Source: a virus. Taken from it: DNA of 64,000 bases. The position numbers and the translations under genes are program-made. The stretch covers positions 9,687 to 73,686 of the IMG/VR virus record IMGVR_UViG_3300049783_000824; one strand, written 5' to 3'. The notes under the pieces were generated by a model. That model was not told where the DNA came from. It was given only the letters and a program-made list of their open reading frames with translations, and did no database searches. Below, piece by piece: positions 1 through 9,098 of the stretch (the first letter of the stretch is position 1; each line of letters starts with the position of its first letter).

Positions 1-375
1 AAGAAGCTTGCTGAGGTTCTAGAACCCCTACATGGCCGTTCACGTGAAGTTATGGAAGCAGTGCTAAAGAATATCGCAACTGAAAAGTTGACGGAAGCTT
101 ATGACCACTACATTCCAAAAGTTCTACACGAAAGCACTAGTGTTGTCGTGGAGTCGGAGAAGGAACCTGCTAAAAAGTCAGAAGTACTAGCCGAGGGTGA
201 TGCTGTAGACACCAAGCCTGTTAAAGGTAAAGTAATTACAGAAGGAACGGTTGTCGCTACTGGCGATACCGAACAATTGATTGAAGAATCAGTTGAACTT
301 GAGAACGAATTACCAGAAGCCGTTAAGAAGCAACTTGCACGCTTAAAGCATCTTGGTGGTTTTAACTCACAATAG
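1..375 (+). CDS. Prohead core scaffold protein (gp22-like), 5'-truncated by the window edge
   Basis: Frame is open from position 1. Glu-rich with many I/V-x-E sites, and lies immediately upstream of the major capsid gene as in T4. Confidence 0.7.
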   Translation, partial: KKLAEVLEPLHGRSREVMEAVLKNIATEKLTEAYDHYIPKVLHESTSVVVESEKEPAKKSEVLAEGDAVDTKPVKGKVITEGTVVATGDTEQLIEESVELENELPEAVKKQLARLKHLGGFNSQ

Positions 376-404
376 AATTACCCCATAGGTTAGGAGATAA
401 TAAC

Positions 405-1799
405 ATGGACAATTCACTTTTCGAACATTGGGACGAAACCAAAGAAGCTTTGCTTGATGGTTTAAAACAGTCTCAGAAAGAAGTAGTAGGGCCGCTTTTG
501 GAAAACCAAAAGAGGTACTTGATTCAAGAAACAGCAGCGACTGGTTCTATTCAAGCACACGACATTGCTAACTTCCGTAAAACTTTACTACCAATGATCC
601 GTCGTATCATTCCCGGTACTATCGCTAGTGAGCTAGTGGGCGTACAGCCAATGAGCGGACCAGTTGGTCTAGTATACACTCTTCGTTACCGTTACGAAGA
701 AAACATGACTCACAATGCTGCGTCATCACAGTTTGGTGGTTTTGACATCACATCAGGCGACGAAGCTTTCGGTAACGCTTCTCCAGTTCGTCAGTTCTAT
801 GCTGGTAACACTGGTGCTGCACAAGCTGCTGGTGCCTCTGGTATCGACACTGCTGGTGGACCTGCTAATATCGATGCTACTACTGCTGAGGGTGGTGCTT
901 GGGAATCTTCAAGCGACGTAACTACTTATGCTACTGGTACTTCTGACTTCTCTGGATACTCAGTGAACGTTGGTGGTTCTATGCTAGGTGGTTCTGGTTC
1001 ATTCGCTGAAGGTAATGGTGGTCGTAAGATGTCACTAGAAGTTATCTCTCAGGCAGTTGAAGCTGGTAGCCGTAAACTACAGTCTGGTTGGACAATCGAA
1101 GCTATGCAAGACCTAAACAGTCAGCATGGTCTAGATATCGAGAGCGAGATCACTAAGGCTCTATCTGCAGAAATCGTGCAGGAAATCGACGCAGAAATCA
1201 TTAACGACCTACTAGCACTATCTGGTACTGTTCGTACCTTTGATTTCGGCAACACTGGTGGTACTACTTATGCTCCTGCATTCGTAGGTGATCGTTTCGC
1301 TAACCTTGGTGTTCGCATCAACGAAGTAGCAAACGTTATCGCTCGTAAGACCCGTCGTGGTGCTGGTAACTTCATCGTTGTTTCTCCGATGATCGTATCT
1401 GTACTTCAGTCTGCTGCTAAATCGGTTTTCGCTCCTGCAGTTGAAGGTTCTTTTAAAGGTCCAAACAACACTGAGCTTGTTGGTATGCTAAATGGTCGTA
1501 TCAAAGTATACAGCTATTTGTGGAACCAAGCTACTCCGGGTGTTTCTTCACCTAATGGTGATGACAAGATCCTAGTTGGTTACAAAGGTGGAAACGGTGA
1601 AGTTGACTCAGGTTACTTCTACGCACCATATGTACCTCTAATGAGTTCTGGTGTGATCGTTAACCCAGTTACTTTCCAACCTGTTGTTTCTCTAATGACT
1701 CGTTATGGTAAAGTTGCTCTTACTGATCCAACTACATCGTTGGGCAATTCAGCTGACTATTATGGTAGAATCAATGTTACGAATCTAGATTTCATCTAA
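405..1799 (+). CDS. gp23: Major capsid protein, T4 gp23 family
   Basis: Motifs LLENQ, GVQPMSGPVGLVY, TIEAMQDL...HGLD, GAGNFIV, YFYAPYVPL, FQP...TRYG. AGGAG Shine-Dalgarno (SD) upstream. Confidence 0.97.
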   Translation: MDNSLFEHWDETKEALLDGLKQSQKEVVGPLLENQKRYLIQETAATGSIQAHDIANFRKTLLPMIRRIIPGTIASELVGVQPMSGPVGLVYTLRYRYEENMTHNAASSQFGGFDITSGDEAFGNASPVRQFYAGNTGAAQAAGASGIDTAGGPANIDATTAEGGAWESSSDVTTYATGTSDFSGYSVNVGGSMLGGSGSFAEGNGGRKMSLEVISQAVEAGSRKLQSGWTIEAMQDLNSQHGLDIESEITKALSAEIVQEIDAEIINDLLALSGTVRTFDFGNTGGTTYAPAFVGDRFANLGVRINEVANVIARKTRRGAGNFIVVSPMIVSVLQSAAKSVFAPAVEGSFKGPNNTELVGMLNGRIKVYSYLWNQATPGVSSPNGDDKILVGYKGGNGEVDSGYFYAPYVPLMSSGVIVNPVTFQPVVSLMTRYGKVALTDPTTSLGNSADYYGRINVTNLDFI

Positions 1800-1841
1800 G
1801 ATAAGTTTCAGTGATACTAGTCTACTAGTAAGTTAGAAAAT

Positions 1842-1872
1842 AAAAAAACCTCACTCCGGTGGGGTTTTTTTT
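1842..1872 (+). terminator. Rho-independent terminator after gp23
   Basis: aaaaaaacctcac-tccg-gtggggttttttt hairpin with U tract. Confidence 0.9.
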
Positions 1873-1899
1873 GCCCTAAAAAAAGGTAACACCATAAAT

Positions 1900-2355
1900 A
1901 TGCATACATTAGGAGATATGGTTATGTACGAATATAGATGCAAGGTAGTTCATATAGTCGATGGTGACACTGTTGATGTAGATATTGACTTGGGTTTTGG
2001 TGTCTGGATACATAATGAGCGAATACGATTGTATGGGATGGATGCCCCCGAAAGTAGAACAAGAGATTTAGAAGAGAAGAAGTTTGGTATATTGGCTAAA
2101 GAGTTCGTACAGGCTAAATTGCCATTGGGTAGCACACAAAAACTTGTAACTAAATCATATGATTCAACAGGTAAATATGGAAGAATACTTGGCACGTTTA
2201 AAGTGTTTGATTTTGTTACAGATAGTGAGCAAACTTTAACCGAAATAATGATACGTGACCACTATGCAGTTGCATACTATGGGCAACATAAAGATGAAGT
2301 AGAGCAGGCGCATTTAGAAAATAGGATTAAGTTAATCGAAGCCCAAGGTGTGTAA
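1900..2355 (+). CDS. Thermonuclease/SNase-like nuclease (true start probably 1918 or 1924)
   Basis: VDGDTVDV, IRLYGMDAPE, KYGRILG motifs. Confidence 0.9.
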   Translation: MHTLGDMVMYEYRCKVVHIVDGDTVDVDIDLGFGVWIHNERIRLYGMDAPESRTRDLEEKKFGILAKEFVQAKLPLGSTQKLVTKSYDSTGKYGRILGTFKVFDFVTDSEQTLTEIMIRDHYAVAYYGQHKDEVEQAHLENRIKLIEAQGV

Positions 2356-2396
2356 CAAAGCTGGTACACATATTGTAACCAATGCGTCACAGTTGT

Positions 2397-2404
2397 TATA
2401 AATA
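2397..2404 (+). promoter_or_regulatory. T4-type late promoter TATAAATA upstream of the endolysin
   Basis: Exact T4 gp55 consensus, 22 nt before the ATG. Confidence 0.8.
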
Positions 2405-2425
2405 ATAACACATTGGAGATTAACT

Positions 2426-2827
2426 ATGTCATATAAATTTGGTAAAACATCACAAGATAGATTAGATACGTGCCACCCTATATTACAAGAACTGGCTAAC
2501 GAAGTGATTAAACATATTGACTTTACCGTTGTGTGTGGTCACAGGGGCGAGGAAGATCAAAAGGCAGCAGTTGCCAGTAAAGCAAGTAAGGTTAATTTCC
2601 CAAACAGTAAGCACAATTCACTACCATCCATTGCCATTGATGTTGCCCCGTATCCAATAGATTGGGATGACATTAAGCGATTTGCCTTCCTTGTTGGTAT
2701 ATTTAAAGGGGTAGCAATAGCAAAAGGTTACAAGATACGTTTAGGCTCGGATTGGGATTCAGATGGGGACATTACTGATCACAAGTTCATGGACTGGCCA
2801 CACATAGAATTAGTACTAGAGGAGTAG
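2426..2827 (+). CDS. Endolysin, M15 family L-Ala-D-Glu peptidase
   Basis: GHRG..Q, SKHN...AIDVAP, W...D.PHIEL zinc-peptidase motifs. Confidence 0.9.
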   Translation: MSYKFGKTSQDRLDTCHPILQELANEVIKHIDFTVVCGHRGEEDQKAAVASKASKVNFPNSKHNSLPSIAIDVAPYPIDWDDIKRFAFLVGIFKGVAIAKGYKIRLGSDWDSDGDITDHKFMDWPHIELVLEE

Positions 2828-2830
2828 AGT

Positions 2831-3160
2831 ATGCCCACTCTAAGCTTTAAGGAATATTATGATTCCAAGCAAAAGTTACTTTCCGCATGTGAAAGTATCC
2901 CTAGGATACGAAGTGAATACCGTATTACAAAATACTGCAAATTTCCATTTTTTGAATCATTAAGTTCTGAGAATAGGGAATATATTGCGTTCAAGCCAAA
3001 GGATAGAATTGAAGTCCTTTGGGAAAAGGTGGATGAGTATGATGCTTATCCGGTAGCGAAGAGGATAACCCTTATAACTGAAGGTCGTAAAGAAGTTTTT
3101 CCAATCTGGAATAATAAGAAGATGCATAGTTGGATTGATACCAACACCAACGAAATGTAA
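2831..3160 (+). CDS. Hypothetical protein with a capsid-targeting-like N-terminus (LSFKEY)
   Basis: ORF in the late operon, with SD. Confidence 0.55.
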   Translation: MPTLSFKEYYDSKQKLLSACESIPRIRSEYRITKYCKFPFFESLSSENREYIAFKPKDRIEVLWEKVDEYDAYPVAKRITLITEGRKEVFPIWNNKKMHSWIDTNTNEM

Positions 3161-3216
3161 AAATAAGAGCGTACTCGCATTTATTACAATAATAACTTAC
3201 TAGTTAGGAATTTGAG

Positions 3217-3918
3217 ATGATCACAGAATGGGCAAGCATATTAGAATCATATGGGTGGGGAGCACTGATATTCACCCTCACTGCGTATGTACTTATTGCA
3301 TACTTAAAGAAAATGTCAAAAGTGTGGAACTCTAGGGACATCGCTAATGTAAGCGAAGATAATCATTTTATAAGATCCCAATTAAAGGCGCATCAAGTAT
3401 TTTCTACTATACAATATAAGGTAAATAATGAAATCCCTACTTTAAAATTTAAAGGGAACACATTTCCAGTTAGGCAAAAACTTTTTAGGAAGATGCTTGA
3501 AGTAAAACTGATAACTGTCAAAGGCATGTTACATAGTATAATAGAAATGAACGTTTTTGGGAAGACACACCCGACTGAATGGTCCATTGCTGTGCAGAGT
3601 GCAATAGACGAAAGTGATTATACATTATCAAATTTAGCATTGCGTGAAGGAATACCAGCTATAGTTGTAAGCGAATATATGGTTTGGCATTCCGTAAGTA
3701 CTAAAACCCTAATGGCCTATGTAAATGACTTGGCCATATCCACATTACATGAGACAAATGAATCAAGGACCAGCACACTATACTCAATTATTGATTTACA
3801 AATGTCAGTCATGGTTGGTGATGCAGAGAGGACTCTAATATCACTAAATGGTTCCCTGAGTGGTCTTGTATTCAACGGTGAAACCATTGAATCTATGGCA
3901 GACGAACACGAACTATAG
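3217..3918 (+). CDS. Candidate holin (single N-terminal TM helix plus large soluble domain, T4 gpT-like topology)
   Basis: TM segment WGALIFTLTAYVLIAYL, two genes downstream of the endolysin. Function is inferred. Confidence 0.45.
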   Translation: MITEWASILESYGWGALIFTLTAYVLIAYLKKMSKVWNSRDIANVSEDNHFIRSQLKAHQVFSTIQYKVNNEIPTLKFKGNTFPVRQKLFRKMLEVKLITVKGMLHSIIEMNVFGKTHPTEWSIAVQSAIDESDYTLSNLALREGIPAIVVSEYMVWHSVSTKTLMAYVNDLAISTLHETNESRTSTLYSIIDLQMSVMVGDAERTLISLNGSLSGLVFNGETIESMADEHEL

Positions 3919-3934
3919 CTTTTTGCTCGTTACT

Positions 3935-3942
3935 TATAAATA
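3935..3942 (+). promoter_or_regulatory. T4-type late promoter TATAAATA
   Basis: Exact consensus upstream of the neck genes. Confidence 0.8.
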
Positions 3943-3970
3943 TCATTAGATAAATAAAAGGTTAAGTTTA

Positions 3971-6900
3971 ATGGCTATATATGACAAATTCGCAGATGCA
4001 CCGAACAGACTAAAACTTGAAGGTCAAGAGATTACGGTCAAATTAGTCAGAAATGGTGACGGTACTGCAACAATCAAATGGAACATCCCCGTTATTAGCG
4101 GCTGTGATGTAGAAAACTTAGTATATGATGGTATTGTAATTACCGTAAGTAATAGACCAGCTAATCATATAACAACGTCCCCCCAGTCTGGAACATACTA
4201 TGATGCTGACGCAACATTCGACAGGGACTTACATACTGGTGATAGTATTAATGTTGCATCCGTCGTTGGTGCATTTTACCACGATAAGTCAACAGTATCA
4301 CTAACTGTCAATGACGTTCTAGAAAAAACTCCGTATTATGTTTCTGCATATGCTGTTGACCAAAACGGCAACTATCATAGGGAAGGTGTGCACGCGTATA
4401 GCCTACCAACATCACAGGCTGAAACCCAACAGGCTGGAGATGAGACCCCAGCATATCACGACGTTTTAGTAGACACACCAGAGGGCATATCAACGAAGGC
4501 CCGTACTGGATTAGTGATAGGTACAACCTATAACATTAAACTGCTTATAAATGGTAAGTGTTATGAGTATGATGATTTACTTGGAAGTGATGTACAAACA
4601 TTTGAAGACTTGGCATCAACTATCAATAATAGGTTAATCATGTCAACTAACCCAATATTGGGACCATTATTCCCTAATGAAGGGAAGTATATGGTAGATG
4701 TTGACAATGAAACTGTGTACATGTGGGACGGCTCAGCTAATATTGAGCAAGTTTCTACCTTCTTTGGCACTGACCCATCAATCCCAATATTGGATACCTA
4801 CTGGTATAAGCCATCAACCGATGCACTTAAGGTCCGTGAGGTTGGTGGGTGGGCATCAGTAACTAGCATTATAAAGTATTCAAGTGATCCATCAATGCCA
4901 GTAGACGGGACTGTGTGGCTTGACAAGGCGTTTAACAGTAATAATGAGTTAGACACCCTTAATACCTCTGGGTGGGTTTGGGATGGTGTTACGTGGTGTA
5001 AGAAGCCAACTATTATCCAGACACGTAGCCCACTACTCCCACCTGTACTCACATCTAGTGATTATTGGTATAACGAAGAGGATGGCTCTGTATCTAAACG
5101 GAACATAGAATTACGAACATGGGAAGAAGTGAACCCTGTAGTATGGGACACTGACCCCAACACTATAGCTGATGCCAACCATTGGTACAACCAAGAAACG
5201 GAATTAGCTTTAATTAGAGTTAGTGGTGTATGGGAAGAAATTAACAACATACGATACGCAGAGCGTAATAGTGTTGGTGAATTAGACTCACCTGTTGCCA
5301 ATCATTACTGGTTAATACCTTCTGAGCAAGTTTTACTTAAGCGTGATGCCACAAATACTGTATGGGTTGACGTAAATGTTGTGATAAGCTATAATGATCC
5401 CGCTGATCGTGCAAGCTGTGATGCTTGGTGGGATGTTAGCGTTGGTGTTGATAACCTATTCATTTGGGATGCAGTAAACATTACATGGGTTGCTGTCACT
5501 AACTTTACACAATCTGCTGTAGATCCAGCCACCACAGTAACTTTAGAAGCTGGGACATTGTGGTATAACCAAGAAACTGAGGTTATGCAGAAGATTACCG
5601 GATTAAACTGTTCTGATATCCAATACATATGTTCATCATATGACCCAACTAACTTACCAGTAGGTATCGTGTGGTTGAAAACAACCGATAACACATGGTA
5701 TATATGGGACGGCTCTGCGTTCGTATTGATAACCGTTATCGTTGATGAGGATGACCCATACGTTGTTGTTGATGGGATGTTCTGGTACAATACTGCATCA
5801 GATGAGCTATATTTGAGAGTGGTTGGGGTATGGGTATTGCAGGTGTACACCACCGACACACTATCTCCAGCTATCGGTACTTTATTTTATGATACACTTG
5901 AGGACGCATTACTTGAATGGGATGGTGAAGCTTGGATAGCTGCGTGTGGTTTAGCTGAAGTTGTATTAGACTTTAACAGAAGTGTATGTTTCGATAACAT
6001 GACCAACTCCATTAGCAGCAGTTTATTCTCACCATATAACGACATTGATAAGTTTGGCCGTGACCTTATTCGGTTCAAGACATGCAATACGGGGTGTGAC
6101 GAGACCATTATAGTAGACGAAATGTCATCGGTAATGTCTAGCTTATCCAAACCAGTAATGTATCAAAACCCAGCCACTGGTCGTAGCATAAATGAGGCAG
6201 GGTCAACCTATAGAGAATTGGGTGTTGGTGACGATGGGACACCCGATGAAAGGCGCAAGCTTCAGGATCAGATTAGAGTAGCTCTGGGGTCTGTAGGTGT
6301 CCAAGTTGAATTGACTAAACAACAACTAGACGAATGTATTGATAATGCACTGTTGATGGTTAGGAAGTATTCTAGCTATTCATATCAACATGTAATGTTC
6401 TTCATGGATGTTGTTCCTAACCAACAAAGATATTTACTTACTAATAAGTGTGTTGGTTTTAATAAGATCAGCAATATTAATGCGGCTTACCGTATGAAGG
6501 GTGGTGGCCTTGGTCTTGGTCGTGGTGGTGGTATGGGAGGAGGTGATTTGCATGGATATGCAGCAATGCAGCAACTATATCATGCTGGAAAGTTTGATAT
6601 GTTGTCTTTTCACCTAGTGTCACAGTACATAGAGGAATTGAATATGATATTTGCTAATAATATTGTATTTGATTTTTACGAAGATACCAGAATATTAAAT
6701 TTCCATCAAGTGTTTTATCATAAAGAGAGGATATTACTAGATGCATTTATTGACCTTCCAGAGCAAAAATTGATGACCAATAGGTATCTTGAACTGTGGA
6801 TTAAGAAGTGGGCATTAGCTGAAGCTAAGATGATACTGTCTCAGGTTCGTGGTAAGTTCCAGTCTCTACCGGGGCCAAATGGTTCTACGGTATTGAACTC

Positions 6901-7015
6901 TCAGGAATTAATCACACAGGCTGAAAATGAAAAGGTAGAATTGAGGGAAGAGCTACATGATCGTTCTATGCAAGATCATAACAGCGATGTCCAATCTCAG
7001 TTCTTTATGGGGTAA
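3971..7015 (+). CDS. gp13: Neck protein gp13-like with a ~750-aa N-terminal Trp-rich repeat extension
   Basis: C-terminal LQDQIRVALGSVGVQVELTKQQLDECIDNAL and WIKKWALAEAK..L...RGKF..LPGP..LN match the gp13 family. Confidence 0.8.
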   Translation: MAIYDKFADAPNRLKLEGQEITVKLVRNGDGTATIKWNIPVISGCDVENLVYDGIVITVSNRPANHITTSPQSGTYYDADATFDRDLHTGDSINVASVVGAFYHDKSTVSLTVNDVLEKTPYYVSAYAVDQNGNYHREGVHAYSLPTSQAETQQAGDETPAYHDVLVDTPEGISTKARTGLVIGTTYNIKLLINGKCYEYDDLLGSDVQTFEDLASTINNRLIMSTNPILGPLFPNEGKYMVDVDNETVYMWDGSANIEQVSTFFGTDPSIPILDTYWYKPSTDALKVREVGGWASVTSIIKYSSDPSMPVDGTVWLDKAFNSNNELDTLNTSGWVWDGVTWCKKPTIIQTRSPLLPPVLTSSDYWYNEEDGSVSKRNIELRTWEEVNPVVWDTDPNTIADANHWYNQETELALIRVSGVWEEINNIRYAERNSVGELDSPVANHYWLIPSEQVLLKRDATNTVWVDVNVVISYNDPADRASCDAWWDVSVGVDNLFIWDAVNITWVAVTNFTQSAVDPATTVTLEAGTLWYNQETEVMQKITGLNCSDIQYICSSYDPTNLPVGIVWLKTTDNTWYIWDGSAFVLITVIVDEDDPYVVVDGMFWYNTASDELYLRVVGVWVLQVYTTDTLSPAIGTLFYDTLEDALLEWDGEAWIAACGLAEVVLDFNRSVCFDNMTNSISSSLFSPYNDIDKFGRDLIRFKTCNTGCDETIIVDEMSSVMSSLSKPVMYQNPATGRSINEAGSTYRELGVGDDGTPDERRKLQDQIRVALGSVGVQVELTKQQLDECIDNALLMVRKYSSYSYQHVMFFMDVVPNQQRYLLTNKCVGFNKISNINAAYRMKGGGLGLGRGGGMGGGDLHGYAAMQQLYHAGKFDMLSFHLVSQYIEELNMIFANNIVFDFYEDTRILNFHQVFYHKERILLDAFIDLPEQKLMTNRYLELWIKKWALAEAKMILSQVRGKFQSLPGPNGSTVLNSQELITQAENEKVELREELHDRSMQDHNSDVQSQFFMG

Positions 7016-7017
7016 CT

Positions 7018-8712
7018 ATGAGTATAACTAGCCAACTAGAGGCACTATTAAGCAACGGCAATTGTCCAGTTGATGGGGATGGTAATTTCATCCCTCCACC
7101 TACAGATGATGCTGTTGCGAAGATATGCAGTAATTTTAACCCGGCATTAGATTGTACTAATGACGTACCAAATCCCGCATGGGAATTAACTGAGTCCGAT
7201 GACTCATGTTTGATTGATTCATACATTAATGAAAGCATTCAAATTGGTGGGGCAGTAGTGAACGTACACCGTCTGCTTGGTGTTCATGAACAAGGCTCAT
7301 TGCAGGATTTAACTGGGAGTGGTAGTGCCATCTCTAATGGTGATAACCCAAATTTTCCAGCACGCAACGCGTTTGATTTATTTCAGACACAATGGCGATC
7401 AACCCAGTATGGACCTGATGTAATGTCATCGTATATTGGATATGACTTTGGTGAAATACTGTTGGATAATAATAGAAAACGTTACAGCATTGAAACCTTT
7501 GTAAAGTTTGACGTGTCATCAATAAAAATACACCAAGGGTGTAGAAAAGAAAACCGTGTTACCAAAGCTAGGGTTGAGCGATCAAACGATGGTGTTAAGT
7601 GGTATGGTGTTCAAGTGGTTGACTTGCCAGACTGTGAAGGTGCAGCTAAGGTAAACTTTAAGCGGTCAGTACCTTCTAGGTTTTGGCGATTGCGCCCAGT
7701 TGCATTTAACGGTGGGGCTAATGATGCATGGGAAGTTCAAGCAATACAACTATTAGACTATGAAGCTACCGATGTAAATAACATTCAGGATAGAATACTG
7801 TTGGAAAATAGGGATAGAGATTACGATGAGAATCCTATCCGTATGAAGGGGTCATACACTCCCGTGGATGTACAGGCATTCCAAAGTAAACATGGATTTG
7901 GTAGCATGTACAGTGGAAATGAATGGGTTTTGGAAATAAGCTTCTCATCTACCATATCAGTATTGGGTAGACCATTTGTGATTGGTGACATTATACAGTT
8001 ACCAGCCGAGACTCAATTTACTGCTAGTCTTAAACCTATAAAACGATACCTTGAAATAACTGATGTTGCGTGGAGCACTAACAGCTATACACCAAATTGG
8101 ATTCCCACTATGCAGCGTTTGATAGCAAAGCCGGTAATGGCATCGCAGGAGACACAAGACGTGATGGGTAAGCTTACAGAAGACCAAGATGAATTGGGTC
8201 TCGTTGATATCAATGATGGCAGCAATGACAAACAATATCAAGATTTTTCTGAGATAGCACAAACAATTGAGGCTGATGGTAATACTTTAGTTCCTCAGAA
8301 TGGTATAGATTATGCTGACATTGCAGATGTATCTGCTGAATTCTATGAATGGACTAGGGAAAATTCTGGAACTGGCAGTGATCTCGTTGCTAGACGGATT
8401 GATGCGGTACGTTCACAGTATGGGTACGATGCAATGCCCCCAAACGGAGAGGCATATACACAGGCTGATGAATTTCCACCTAACCCGAAAGATGGTGCCT
8501 ACCATCGCCTAACGTATACTAGTATAAGGTCAGGAATACCAGCACGGCTACATAGATTTTCAGTAGCAAAAAACAATTGGATATTTTTAGAAAAGGATCG
8601 AAGGGCATTGTTATCACATGTTGGCAATAATGTTAGACGCACTTTACGTGAAGAAACTTCAACGGTCACCCCACCAGATGATAAGGATGCATACTTGGAT
8701 GATGAAACGTAA
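7018..8712 (+). CDS. gp14: Neck/head-closure protein gp14-like with an inserted F5/8-type-C (discoidin) domain
   Basis: Follows gp13. ESIQIGG...GRPFVIGDIIQLP resembles gp14. Insert has NAFD...W...GYDFG...RSNDG.KW...RFWRL. Confidence 0.65.
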   Translation: MSITSQLEALLSNGNCPVDGDGNFIPPPTDDAVAKICSNFNPALDCTNDVPNPAWELTESDDSCLIDSYINESIQIGGAVVNVHRLLGVHEQGSLQDLTGSGSAISNGDNPNFPARNAFDLFQTQWRSTQYGPDVMSSYIGYDFGEILLDNNRKRYSIETFVKFDVSSIKIHQGCRKENRVTKARVERSNDGVKWYGVQVVDLPDCEGAAKVNFKRSVPSRFWRLRPVAFNGGANDAWEVQAIQLLDYEATDVNNIQDRILLENRDRDYDENPIRMKGSYTPVDVQAFQSKHGFGSMYSGNEWVLEISFSSTISVLGRPFVIGDIIQLPAETQFTASLKPIKRYLEITDVAWSTNSYTPNWIPTMQRLIAKPVMASQETQDVMGKLTEDQDELGLVDINDGSNDKQYQDFSEIAQTIEADGNTLVPQNGIDYADIADVSAEFYEWTRENSGTGSDLVARRIDAVRSQYGYDAMPPNGEAYTQADEFPPNPKDGAYHRLTYTSIRSGIPARLHRFSVAKNNWIFLEKDRRALLSHVGNNVRRTLREETSTVTPPDDKDAYLDDET

Positions 8713-9025
8713 ACCAACTACAGTAGAAACGTTTAGAGCATTTTATGAACTCATGAGTGACGGTTGCACTTTTGCGCCTGATATGGTATTCTATGACTGT
8801 TGTGTAGAACATGATATTGATTATTCTACGGGAACTGTAAACAGGGCAGAAGCTGATAGGAAGTTGAGAGTGTGTATAAGGGCAAAGGGGTATCCAATAC
8901 TATGTTGGGTATACTGGTTGGGTGTTAGACTGTTTGGGTGGGTATCATATTACTTTGGTGACAGTGTACAATCCAGAAAAGAATATAAATTATTAGTAGA
9001 AGACAATAAATCTGACACAATGTAA
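8702..9025 (+). CDS. Small protein with phospholipase A2-like C-C-x-x-H-D-x-x-Y motif
   Basis: DGCT..PD...CCVEHDIDY...AD..L..C. Confidence 0.55.
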   Translation: MKRKPTTVETFRAFYELMSDGCTFAPDMVFYDCCVEHDIDYSTGTVNRAEADRKLRVCIRAKGYPILCWVYWLGVRLFGWVSYYFGDSVQSRKEYKLLVEDNKSDTM

Positions 9026-9098
9026 TCCCAGAGCTAAATACAACTCCACTATTGCAAACTTACCCCAAGTTTGTTAAAATATATGAACAGGAGTTTTA

